Source: Amoeboaphelidium protococcarum X5 | Lineage: Eukaryota; Fungi; Aphelidiomycota | Assembly: GCA_023515725.1 (NCBI GenBank) | Contig: JALDTO010000192.1 | Span: forward strand, 823,517-887,516 | Reading direction: 5' to 3' | DNA length: 64,000 nucleotides | Shown: positions 53,299 to 64,000 of the stretch, one piece after another | Position numbering within the stretch: the stretch's first letter is position 1 | Layout of the letters: every line of letters begins with the position of its first letter | Notes under the pieces: model-generated | Database searches by the model: none | Seen by the model: the letters and a program-made list of their open reading frames with translations, nothing else | Told to the model about the DNA's origin: nothing | Position numbers and translations under genes: made by a program

Positions 53299-54712
53299 AT
53301 GGTGGCTTCCTCAGTTTTCATACTGGATCTCAAGGGGAAAGTGCTCATCAGCAGGAACTATCGAGGAGACATCCCAGTGTCTGCCATTGAAAAGTTTATG
53401 CCTCTCATCATTGAACATGAAGAATCTGGTGAGAACGGCAGTGGATATGCACCACCCATTATGACTGATGAAGGAATCAACTACTTTCACATAAAACATA
53501 ATAACGTTTACAGTAAGAATATTTTAAATGATTATGATGATTGTAACTGATATATGAATGTGTTTGTGTGTAGTTGTTGCGCTGAGTCGAATGAATTCCA
53601 ATGCCACTACAATCTTTGTATTTCTGCACAAGTTGATTAGTGTATTTACAGAGTATTTCAAAGAGCTGGAAGAGGAGTCTATTAAGGACAATTTTGTGGT
53701 TATCTATGAGCTATTCGATGAGATTATGGACTATGGTTATCCGCAGACTACTGAGACCAAGATATTGCAGGAGTACATCACTCAAGAGAGTTTCCAGATC
53801 ATGGAGAGTACACAGGCACGTCCACCGTCCGCTCTCACTAGCTCCGTGTCTTGGAGACCAGAAGGTATCAAGTATAGACGCAATGAAGTGTTCCTGGACG
53901 TGGTTGAGTCTATCAATATGCTGGCCAACAGCAATGGTAATGTGATCAAGAGTGAGATTGTCGGTGCAGTGAAGATGAGATGTTATCTCAGTGGTATGCC
54001 TGAGCTGCGTCTCGGATTGAACGATAAGGTGATGTTTGAGAATGCTGGACGTGCACCTACCAAGGGCAAGGCTATAGAGATGGAAGATGTCAAGTTTCAT
54101 CAGTGTGTCCGTCTGAGTCGCTTTGAGAATGATCGCACTATCAGCTTCATTCCTCCGGATGGAGAGTTTGAATTGATGTCATACCGTCTGAATGCCCAGG
54201 TGAAGCCACTCATTTGGTGTGAGTCTGTGGTGGAACATTATGGTGGTCGTGTGGAGTACCTGGTCAAGGCCAAGGCTCAGTTCAAGAGAAGATCCACTGC
54301 GAATAATGTGGAGATTTATATCCCGGTGCCTGAAGATGCAGATACTCCCAAGTTCAAGGCTACTATCGGTAATGTGAGCTATGTACCAGAGAAGAGTAGC
54401 ATCTTGTGGAAGATTAAGCAGTTTCCTGGAGGTAAAGACTTTGTGATGAGAGCCCATTTTGGACTGCCCACTGTGAAGTCTGATGATCCGGATAAGAGAC
54501 CGCCGATATCGGTAAAGTTTGAAATACCATACTTTACCACTAGCGGTATTCAGGTGCGTTATTTGAAAATTATTGAGAGCAGCGGGTATCAGGCGCTGCC
54601 TTGGGTGAGGTATATCACTCAGCATGGTGACTATCAGATGAGAATGCCTGATCCTGTGAAAGGCAACGGGCCTGGAAGTGCTGATTAGAATTTACTGTTG
54701 AAGAGGTTTTGA
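53299..54712 (+). CDS. AP1M1: AP-1 complex subunit mu-1; intron 53513-53573
   Basis: FILDLKGKVLISRNYRGD, EEESIKDNFVVIYEL, VSWRPEGIKYRRNEVFLD, DVKFHQCVRL, YQALPWVRY; TGA at 54710. Confidence 0.97.
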
Positions 54713-55654
54713 TCTTTGACCTTGCTTGATACTTGATATTAATAGTAAAGTTATAGTGAGCTTACTGTGTATAGATCTCTTTTTTGATTGACATTTTTCC
54801 ATATTTTTTGAAAGTCAACTTTGAACATGAAACATGCATGCTCTTGTCACAGTTTCGTTCATGTACAGTATATGCGAGTGAGGCTTTAACGAACGACAAC
54901 TTGTCAGAACTTCAATACGATTATTATGAGCTTACACGTCAGATTTTCCACTTGCTGGTACTTACAAACTTATTGTAATTTCATGAGCTTGTACTGTTAA
55001 TTGACAGTCTATCTAAAGCTACTCGTGCGAAAAAATGATGGGATGTTAGTCAAAATCTATATCAATGTCCAAAGACGTGAAGGGTGCGTTCAAACATTGC
55101 CTCGCGTACCGCTTAGATCAAAGTAACACCAGTCTAAGATATTAATATCAGACGAAGCATCACATTAGATCCTCGAAAAAATAGACGTTGACTATATAAT
55201 TACTATGACCGTTAAAAAAACTTGGAAATTCAATGGAATTGTAAAATTAGTAATTGCAATACGTACACTAAAAATTGTTTACATCGCTTTAAGCGCAGTT
55301 AGGCAGAGCTTTGTACAGTAAATCAAGGTACAATGAAACAAAAGAGGCGGATCAAATTTCTCGACATGCTGAGTTCACCTGCAGACAGAGATCATCATCA
55401 AATCAAATAACGCTGAAGATTATTGTTCTCTAAATATTCTATACTTATTCGTACTTCAATTCAAAAACATAGAACATATAAAATCATATATTCTTACATA
55501 CACATGGAGCATGAAGTAAGGGGTATTCCTTAAGAATTGAAGGAAGTTCACACTAGACAGTTTTGATCGGTCGGCCCGGAGACTAGAATCAGTGATCCCA
55601 TTTCTATTACAAATCTGGAGATTAGAATTTAAATAATATCTTATCATACGAGAG

Positions 55655-57706
55655 ATGAAACTCCCAGCGATATTTATTATCATCACCATTCTGGTCTTGC
55701 TATTTGGCACGATGGCAATGCCTCCCAAGAGTAAGAAAAAGTCCTAGTCATCGAAGCGAAAGTAATATAAAAATCATTCAGATTAAAGTCCCACTATTGA
55801 TGAAAATGAAGATTACTAGAATAAAGACGCGTTCAGATAGATGGTATCTGATAATCCTCTCCTCGCTACTTACAATCCAGATTATATTGATGATGAGGTG
55901 ATGCAAAAACGCGTATTAGATGGATATCTTTATACTCACGAGTATCTAATCTCCTCGCTGAATTATCTAAAGCCTCAGATTAAAGACCGCAGCGAGTTCT
56001 ACTAATCCTTTCTTACTAGATGGTTGATATTGTAGTAGTATGAGACCTCAGATACAGAGATGGAACTTGCGATGTAGCATGTAACGGCTGCCAATGTATT
56101 GTAGTAAAGTTTGAATAAACCCTCCCTGCTGATGTACATGTCCTTTTTCGACAATGCATTAGAAGCTCTTTTGGATCGCCGTCTCTCCAAAGCTCATATT
56201 TATAATGTGATGGTCAATCTCGTCAGTGCTTTGGGCTCGTCTTTATCTACGATGGAATCTGCACTTGACGCACTACGCGGTGTGATTGAGCGGTTGGTAC
56301 GGAATATGGAGGGCATGCCCGCTTTCAAACGGTAATATCCGTTGTTTAAATAATTGGAAGCTCTTAGGAAAATAAGCGTAATGTAATTAAGTGCCTTAGA
56401 GAAGTTGATAGAGATTCTACGGGAAATAAAGCTTTTTAACGTGGATAGTGTGCGTTAATCAATTAGGATGACTGTCGCAACGTTAAGGGGATAAGGCGTC
56501 ACGAATCCAGAATTCTCAAACGTAGTACTACTTTCAGGGGAGTCTCATATAAGCTTTCTATAGTTACATTAGATTCTATTTCCCATTGTGGCAGAGAATA
56601 GAAACTTTTTGGACTAGTTGGGTATGGTGTATGAAAAAGCACGGAAACTTTCGTTCAAAAAAACTTCCTATACGTAAATTTCTGAATATCTGGACTCTGA
56701 AGGTTTTTAGAGACTTATAGATAATATGCTGACCAAAAGTCCTGACTAGCATCTTACTGCTTTTGATCGGATGACTGCCCAGTTTTATGAGGAATCTGGC
56801 TACTCTGTCTAGATGCAACTGATGCTTGATATATCTGATAAGCGATTCACTACATAAGTCTCTATTGCATCTGTTGTTCTTTAAGGGCATAGTATATTCT
56901 AAAAATTTTGTTTGTAGGCAATGCCCATGATTGAATAGCTGGTGTAAAAGTATAGGCTGCGCGAGTCTGATATACCTCATGACTTTGCACCTTTACAACT
57001 AGAACAGTCTCCTCACTGCTCATTCGTATCTAATCACCGTGAGTCAGTACTCTGCTAAAGTGAAGATGGCACGCTCAGTAATCGCATGAGTGAACTTGAT
57101 CTATTGCATACTGCAGATTCAAGTGATGCTTAACTAGAAGGTTTGCCTGCAGAAAGCGACGTTGTTCTCGATCCTTAATACAAAGATGAAGTTGATTTTG
57201 ATCTTGACACTGACAATGAGGATGATGAGATTTAGTCTTAGGATGATTTTCAAGTTAATTTGCCTGATGCTTCTTCTCAGTATTCACGTAATAGTGAGGA
57301 AGTTGTTCCATTTAGAAATAGCAGAAAAGAAATTTGCGCTGATAGGTAATACTATGACAGGTATCAATATGTTAGATCTGGCACGTTGATTTCACTACAG
57401 CGGGTTGTTTTCTCTGCTGATTAGTTATTCAAGCTCTGCCAGATAACTGACGGCTCTACTAAAGGCGGTTACAATGTGAAGTACAAAGAGTTTCTGTAAC
57501 TTTTGGCCGAGTTTGACGCTGATGTTACACCTTTGACTGGAAGCATATCTCGCATCACAATTCTAATGAGAGGTACTCATCCTCTGTCTATTCACGGTCC
57601 TCATTCAGGGAATGTTGAGTTGGGTAGAGGCGTTATAAAAGGTGCAAGACGTGTATTGGACTATTACTAAATTCTCCCGGAGAACTTCAAGCCAATAAAT
57701 GAATGA
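55655..57706 (+). CDS. Putative secreted effector, copy B: signal peptide + NLS-like patch + C-terminal HicA-like domain, 683 aa
   Basis: MKLPAIFIIITILVLLFGTMA|MPPKSKKKSQSSKRK ... VKYKEFLQLLAEFDADVTPLTGSISRITILMRGTHPLSIHGPHSGNVELGRGVIKGARRVLDYYQILPENF. Confidence 0.85.
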
Positions 57707-58309
57707 TTGAAATAATGAACTTTGACGTTAGAATAGATTAAGTAGAATGATTGCTCAAAGTGTTTACTTAATGTTAGAATGATTGCTTTTATTGACGAAT
57801 CGATCATTTTAATTCAACGATCGCTTCTCCTTTAACGCAAGTTTTAAGCATACCATTAAAACACGCTCAGAAAGATAACTGTGATTTATCAAAATGAGCG
57901 AGACGACTATATGGTAACGTGATCTTACTGAAAGTATGAGAAGTATACCATTTTGATGCGCAAGATGTGCAATAACAAAATGAGACACACAGAGTTCAAT
58001 GCTCTTATTGTTAATGTATTTAATGACATGCAAAATTTATAATCTTGTAATTGTAGCACATGTAGCCGATGCGTAGATCTTTGATAATCTAAAGGATATA
58101 CGGAACTGTAAAGTGACGATGCGAACCGTGTTTATTTCAGGGGAAGCAGATGCGGGATTTTCGATCAACGGGGCTCGTGCTCGAGCGGAGTTTCAATCGG
58201 AACAGGGGCTGCGAGCACATGCTAGCTAAATTTAACGTCAAGGTCACATTTTAATGATCATTGTATATTATATCAAAGACATAATAACTTCTGATATAAT
58301 TGCTATAAT

Positions 58310-60388
58310 ATGCTGAGAATGTAACTTATCAGGCTATGCCTTTTTGTGATGCTCTTCATGTTATTATCCACGTTGGCAATGCCCCCAAAGAGTAAAAAGA
58401 AGGGCGCGTCATCTTAGCATAAGCAGTCTCGACATCATTCTCATGAAGGCACTGCAAAAAATGAATAGGAGGAAGATCTTAATATTGACGCGTTTAGATA
58501 CATGGCATCTGATGATCCTCTCCTCGCTACCTACAATCCCGACTATATTAATGATGCGGTGATGTAAAAGCTCGTATTAGATGGATATCTGTACACTCAC
58601 GAATATCTAATCTCTTAGCTTAACTATATTAAGCCTTAGATCAAACATGCCAACGAATTTTACCATTCGATATTGGTCAGATGGATGACACTATAGTAAG
58701 ATTTTTCTGATGCAGAATTTGTTTATGCAATGTAGCATGAAATGGCCGCCAATCTGCTGTAAGACTCTTTAAATCTGCCCACTGTACTTCTATAGATGTC
58801 CTTTTTCGACAATGCATTATAAACTCTGCTTGATGGTCGCCTATCCAAGGCCCACATTTACAACATTGTTGTTAATCTCATCAGTGTTTTGAGTACATCT
58901 TAATCTGAGGCTGAGTCTGGGAATGGATTTCTTCGCCGCATTTAGGATACGTTGATTAAGTAGTATAGCAGTCTTTCTGCACAACAAAGATAAAAAGCGG
59001 AATCTAAGAGACTAAAAGCTTTTATTAAAGTTATTGGAATGTAGTATGAAGCGTCAGAGAAATTGATAGAGGTTATTCGCGGCATTTAGCTGTTCGATAT
59101 TGATGATGTGCGTCGATCCATCAGAAAGACGATCTCAACGTTGAGAGGAGAAGGTACATCCAATTCGGCATCATGCTAATTTTTCCTATTCCTGGGTGAA
59201 CCTTTTATCGGATATCTACAGCTGTATCAAGTCCTTTATCCTATAGTGTCATAGAATGATAAATTTGTGCAGTAGTTGCGTGGTGTGCATAGGAAATCGC
59301 GTTTGCTTTCGCTTCAACATACTTCCTAATCGTAGTTGTCAGCTTAACTTGACAATCCTGATGTCGGGAAATTTCTTAATTAGCATAGAACTACGGACTC
59401 TAGTAAGCTCTTGGCCAATATAAATCGAATGACTGCAGATTTTATTGACTAAACTCGATAGGTTCACTATATGCAGAAGATGATTGAAGTGTCTCAGAGT
59501 CGATTCTCTTTGAATCCGGATCCTATTGCATCTGTCATCTTGTAAGGGCATCGTATATATAAAGAGTATAGTTAGATTGCGATGCCCATGATTGGATAGT
59601 TGGTTTAAGTAAATCGGCTGCGCGAGGCTGATATTCCTCATGAGTTTTCTCCTGAATAGCGTCTATAGCTACACTGTCCCTCTGCCTCGGCTGATTAGCG
59701 TGAATCTCCTCTACCTTGTTAAAGTTAAAGCGACATTTTGAGCAGCCTTGTGAGTAAAGTCGACATTTATGAATCTGCTGATCTTGGAGATGAGTCAGAA
59801 GGAGGTGTTCCAGTGTCAAACGGAAAAAGCAATTTTGTCATCGACCCTTACTATAAGAATGAGGTTGATTTTGATATCAAGAGCGATTCCGAAGATGGAG
59901 AGGTTTAGCCTTTGAATGACTAGCGGTTATCTTTACCGCCATCTACTAGTTCTTCTCACAATTTGGACTCAAGTTAGTAGTTAGTTGTGCCCTAAATAAA
60001 TGGTAGGAAGGAGATCTGCAGTGGATGGAAAAACTATGACAAGTATTAGTTTCTTATGTCAGATCTACTGATGTCTCTCGAGTATGCAATCTTTACGCCC
60101 GAGTAATTATTCACTCTCTGCCAGATAACTGATGGCGCGACTAAAGGCGGCTACAATGTGAAGTACTCCGAGTTTCTGTCACTTCTGTCTGAGTTTAATG
60201 CGATTATAACTCCCTTGACTGGCAGTATTACACGGATCACTGTTCCGATGAAAGGGACACATCCTTTGTCTATTCACGGTCCTCATTCAGGCAATGTAGA
60301 ATTGGGAAGAAGAGTTATCAAAGGAGCTAAACGTGTTTTGAACTATTATGAGATTCTACCGGAGAATTTCTAGCCTTTACATGGTTGA
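58310..60388 (+). CDS. Putative secreted effector, copy C (tandem paralogue of B), 692 aa
   Basis: MLRMQLIRLCLFVMLFMLLSTLA|MPPKSKKKG ... VKYSEFLSLLSEFNAIITPLTGSITRITVPMKGTHPLSIHGPHSGNVELGRRVIKGAKRVLNYYEILPENF. Confidence 0.85.
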
Positions 60389-60486
60389 AGTGAATGTTTG
60401 AATCAAGTTTTAAGTTGAAATTCTAATGATATAGTTTTTTAATGATTCTTACATAGTATTCTTACATAGTATAAATCATTATCTTA

Positions 60487-61110
60487 AATATGTACGTGGG
60501 TGAGACGGAGAAGAACGTACGTGATATTTTTGCCAAAGCTTCTAAAGGGAAGCGAACCATCATTTTCATGGATGAGCTGGGCGCTATGGCTCCTCGCCGT
60601 TAGTCTGAAGGTGTAATGAGCAGGGTAGTGAGTTAGCTTTTGGCGGAGATGGATGGTATTTAGTAGTAGCAATCATCATTGGACGATGGTGATGGTTTAA
60701 TGGTGTTTGTTATTGGTGCCACTAATAGGATTGATTTCCTTGATCCTTCTTTATTGCGAACTGGTAGATTTGATAGACTGATATATTTGGAGACTGCAAC
60801 AACTAAGGAGAGTCAGCTCAAGATTCTACAGGCTCAAACTCGAAAGTTGAGCTTGGATGATTCCGTAGATTTGCAGTAAGTTTGTAATTAGATACCGTTG
60901 TCTACATGGACTGGTGCTGACTTTAAAGCGTTGTGCAATGAAGCAGTTATGCGTGCAGTTTCCCGGAATATCGAAAAGCTGGAGCGTGACATGTAAGGCT
61001 ACGTGAACTTTAGGCAGCAACAGTCTGCAGCTGCACCTCTTGGTATGATGAAGGGTAAATTGTCTAATCTGATGGCCAAGAGAAATGTTACAGCGCATCA
61101 TTAAATTAGT
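60487..61110 (+). pseudogene. Internal fragment of a Pex6-type AAA ATPase (D2 domain lacking Walker A); inverted duplicate of the gene at the window end
   Basis: NMYVGETEKNVRDIF..IIFMDEL..MSRVVSQLLAEMDG..VFVIGATNR.D.LDPSLLRTGRFD; 60843-61110 is the near-identical reverse complement of ~63740-64000. Confidence 0.8.
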
Positions 61111-61292
61111 CATAAGTGCTTTTTTAATACCTCATGGACAACAGCTCAAGTGGTTAAATGCGTTGATGTGCACGATCTGAATTCAAATCTGCGGTAAGAT
61201 TTCTAACGACCGTTGAAATAAGAACGCGACGCTATAAACACTAGGCCGAGCAACTCTGCTCCAACAAGTCAAACTACATATATTAATTATAA

Positions 61293-61976
61293 TCAACCTG
61301 ACGAATCACTCAAAGCATCTTTGACGTCGACCTTCTCACCTTGATGCAACCTGAGAACAAGATTTTCAACAAGAGAAGCCGCTTCGTGGTAGTGTTTATG
61401 TTCCAACACCACACGCAAACTGCCACCTTCCACAATCAATTTATCATGCAAACGCCGGTTGACCTCGCTGTTGAGACAAATAAGAAAAACCCATTCCTGC
61501 TCAGAAAGGGATTCTTTGATCTCATCTTTCTCGACCTGTCCGTTTGCTCGGTTGTTAAAATAATCATGAACATCGTCCTCGTCTCTGAATCCGGCAGCCT
61601 TCTTCAAATCTCCAAACGACGGCTTACGGGCATAAACACAATTGAATTGAAAACGTTCCCACATCTTAATCGCCACATCCGACAACAACAATCTTTCGTC
61701 CTTAACAGCAACGTCCGCCTTGTATCCCTTACGTCTAGTATCCGCCTTCTTCACTGTATGAGCATTTTAAGATAAGATTATCTGGACGTAATCTCTCCTT
61801 CTGTCCTTCAATTCAGCAAGCTTTTCCCTCAGTAGCTCCCAGTCGGCTTTCTCATCATCAGTTGCGTTCTTAACAAACCAAACGCTGTTCTTCTTGGCCA
61901 ACGTCTAGTATTCTTAACTGTTCTCTAATGCCTTGATTTCTTATTCAACAGCGTCAAGCTTGCTATCGTAATCCAT
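61293..61976 (-). CDS. Hypothetical protein with an N-terminal helical-hairpin 'header', 227 aa
   Basis: MDYDSKLDAVEQEIKALENSQEYQTLAKK..DDEKADWELLREKLAELKDRRRDY; open table 6 frame to TGA 61295-61293. Confidence 0.7.
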
Positions 61977-62233
61977 GATATTTTTTCGCTGATTTTATAA
62001 AAGAAAAATTGGAAGAGAATACATTCTGCATGGCGATGCGAAACGCGTCGACAGACCCAAAGTCGCGACTTGCAATAGAAGAAAATCCATACTGGTGTAA
62101 GTGGTATCAATCACGATAATGACTAATTAAGTTATAATTCTTACTAGAAGTCAAATGAAAGCATTCAATATCCTAGGTAACTTTTGTGCGCGCTTGCTAA
62201 GCCCATAATTTGTAATTTACTTAGCATTTGACC

Positions 62234-62540
62234 TCATTCTGATTCTTGATATTGACTCTAATATTCGGGTCGACGCTCATCGCATAATAGACATCGTAGT
62301 ACTTGTGTAAAATTTTCACTTGCCATTATATCGCGATGATAAAACTTGTGGCATTTTCTGCAATACTTAACTCTCATTTTAAAGCTCTCACAAACATAGC
62401 CGCAACATGGCGCCATTAAAGAAGTGAGGTACTCATCGAAAAAGATAACAGGATAGCCTACAGACTTCACCTTCTGCACAAAGTGACGCTAAATGAGAGA
62501 TAAGTAGTTTATTTACTGTCAAATTTATAATCCCTATATT
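62234..62540 (-). mobile_element. C-terminal remnant of a Fanzor (eukaryotic TnpB-like RNA-guided nuclease)
   Basis: RHFVQKVKSVGYPVIFFDEYLTS (RuvC-II Glu), zinc ribbon PCC..YCRKC, FYHRDIMASENF (RuvC-III Asp), RRPEY; frameshift near 62490, N-terminal part missing. Confidence 0.82.
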
Positions 62541-62719
62541 CAATTGTTTGTGATCAGAAATCAACTTGAAGTCCGAAGGTGTTTCACCAATTTAAACATA
62601 TCAATTTGCCATGTAGTGCTCTCAACAGGAAAATCTGAGATAGTATATTCATTCTAATCATTTCATTTCAAATTATACACCAACACTTCTCTAGAGAAAC
62701 AAAATTACACGCCATTGTA

Positions 62720-63472
62720 AGATTGCGGGAGTCTGATATTTCACATGAGTTTGCTCCTTTACAGCTGGAACAGTCTTCTCACTGCTTATCCGTATCCAAT
62801 ACCCGTTAATCATTACTCTGCTAAAGTGAGGATGACACGCTCAGTAATCACATGAGTGAACTTGATCTATTGAATACTGCAGATTCTGGTGATGCTCAAC
62901 TGGAAGGTTTGCCTACAGAAATGGATGTTGTTCTCGATCCCGAATACAGAGATAAAGTTGATTTTGATCTAAACACTGACAGCGAAAATTATGAGATTTA
63001 GTCTTAGGATGATTAGCAAGCTAATTTGCCTGGTGGTTACTCTCATGATTCAGACGATAGTAAAGCTATTGTCCTTATTAGAAATACCAGAAAAGATGTT
63101 TGTGGTGAATGGCAAAAATTTGATGAGTATCAATTTACATAATCCGAATAATTGCATTCAGTATAGCGTGTCATTTTCTCTGCAGATTAGATATCCACGC
63201 TCTGCTAGATAACTGATGGCGCAATTAAAGGTGGCTTCAATGTCAAGTATAAAGAGTTTCTGTCACTTCTGGCTGAATATGACGCTGATGTCACGCCGTT
63301 GACTGGCAGTATTTCTCGCATCACAGTTTCGATGAAAGGTTGTCATCCTCTGTCCATTCATGGTCCTCATTCAGGCAATGTAGAATTGGGAAGAAGAGTT
63401 ATCAAAGGCGCTAGACGTGTTTTAGACTATTAAGAGATTCTACCGGAGAATTTCTAGCCTTTACATGGTTGA
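62720..63472 (+). pseudogene. Effector copy D, 5'-truncated (acidic linker + HicA-like domain only)
   Basis: Homology to copy B starts at RLRESDISHEFAPLQLEQS; ends HPLSIHGPHSGNVELGRRVIKGARRVLDYQEILPENFQPLHG-TGA; no signal peptide or start. Confidence 0.8.
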
Positions 63473-63546
63473 AATGAATTATTAAATTAAGTTTTAAGTT
63501 GAAGTTCTAATGATATAGTATCGTGATTATTCTTACATAGCATAAA

Positions 63547-64000
63547 TCACTATTTAAATTATTACGGAATTTGAGCTTTAGTAGACCTTTACGATGCACG
63601 ATAACGAGCTAAATCCTTCTCTGACACACTAGGATTGACTATACTCAGTGCGTGCATAAAGTCAGCCATAGAAAGCACAATCTTCGTATACTCCTCAGCT
63701 TCCTACTTCTTCAGATCAAGAAACTGATTAGGACTTATTTAATGATGCGCTGCACCATTTCTCTTGGCCATCAGATTAGACAATTTACCCTTCATCATAC
63801 CAAGAGGTGCAGCTGCAGACTGTTGCTGCCTAAAGTTCACGTAGCCTTACATGTCACGCTCCAGCTTTTCGATATTCCGGGAAACTGCACGCATAACTGC
63901 TTCATTGCACAACGCTTTAAAGTCAGCACCAGTCCATATAGACAGCGGTATCTAATTACAAACTTATTACAAATCTACGGAATCATCCAAGTTCAACTTT
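63547..64000 (-). CDS. PEX6: 3' end of a Pex6-type AAA ATPase (continues beyond the window)
   Basis: WTGADFKALCNEAVMRAV..DFMHALSIVNPSVSEKDLARY; TGA at 63549-63547. Confidence 0.75.

Noticed and set aside
57707-58309. HicB-like antitoxin or immunity gene between effector copies B and C
   Set aside because: No convincing ORF with antitoxin features; looks like terminator plus promoter sequence

Overview
Gene-dense eukaryotic, fungus-like DNA in which TAA/TAG encode Gln and TGA is the stop (translation table 6), with few short GT-AG introns (58-80 bp). The supplied ORF track uses the standard code and therefore fragments almost every gene. Fungal-type proteins plus this code point to the aphelid algal parasitoid Amoeboaphelidium protococcarum or a relative (inference). 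Re-read in table 6, the window holds about 20 housekeeping genes: GDP-fucose synthase, Ptc5-like PP2C, PEX3, VPS68, TPP2, MEF2, MSS4, RBM42, FAB1, GAA1, CEP120-like, RNF121, MRX11, a monoglyceride lipase, Tctex1, DUF1365, neutral ceramidase, AP-1 mu and the 3' end of PEX6. Accessory material is interspersed. The main candidate novelty is a family of four paralogues (three intact, ~684-692 aa; one 5'-truncated) built as signal peptide + basic NLS-like patch + helical body + acidic linker + C-terminal HicA-like toxin/RNase domain, i.e. putative secreted HicA-type effectors. They lie next to a Helitron-like Rep/PIF1 remnant with convergent halves and a Fanzor (TnpB-like) remnant followed by a structured putative omega-RNA. 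Also present are an REase-fold + kinase Crinkler-type gene, a bacterial/phage-type RNA ligase with a frameshift, and a mucin-stalk receptor-like kinase. All family assignments are from motif recognition by eye; no database searches were run.
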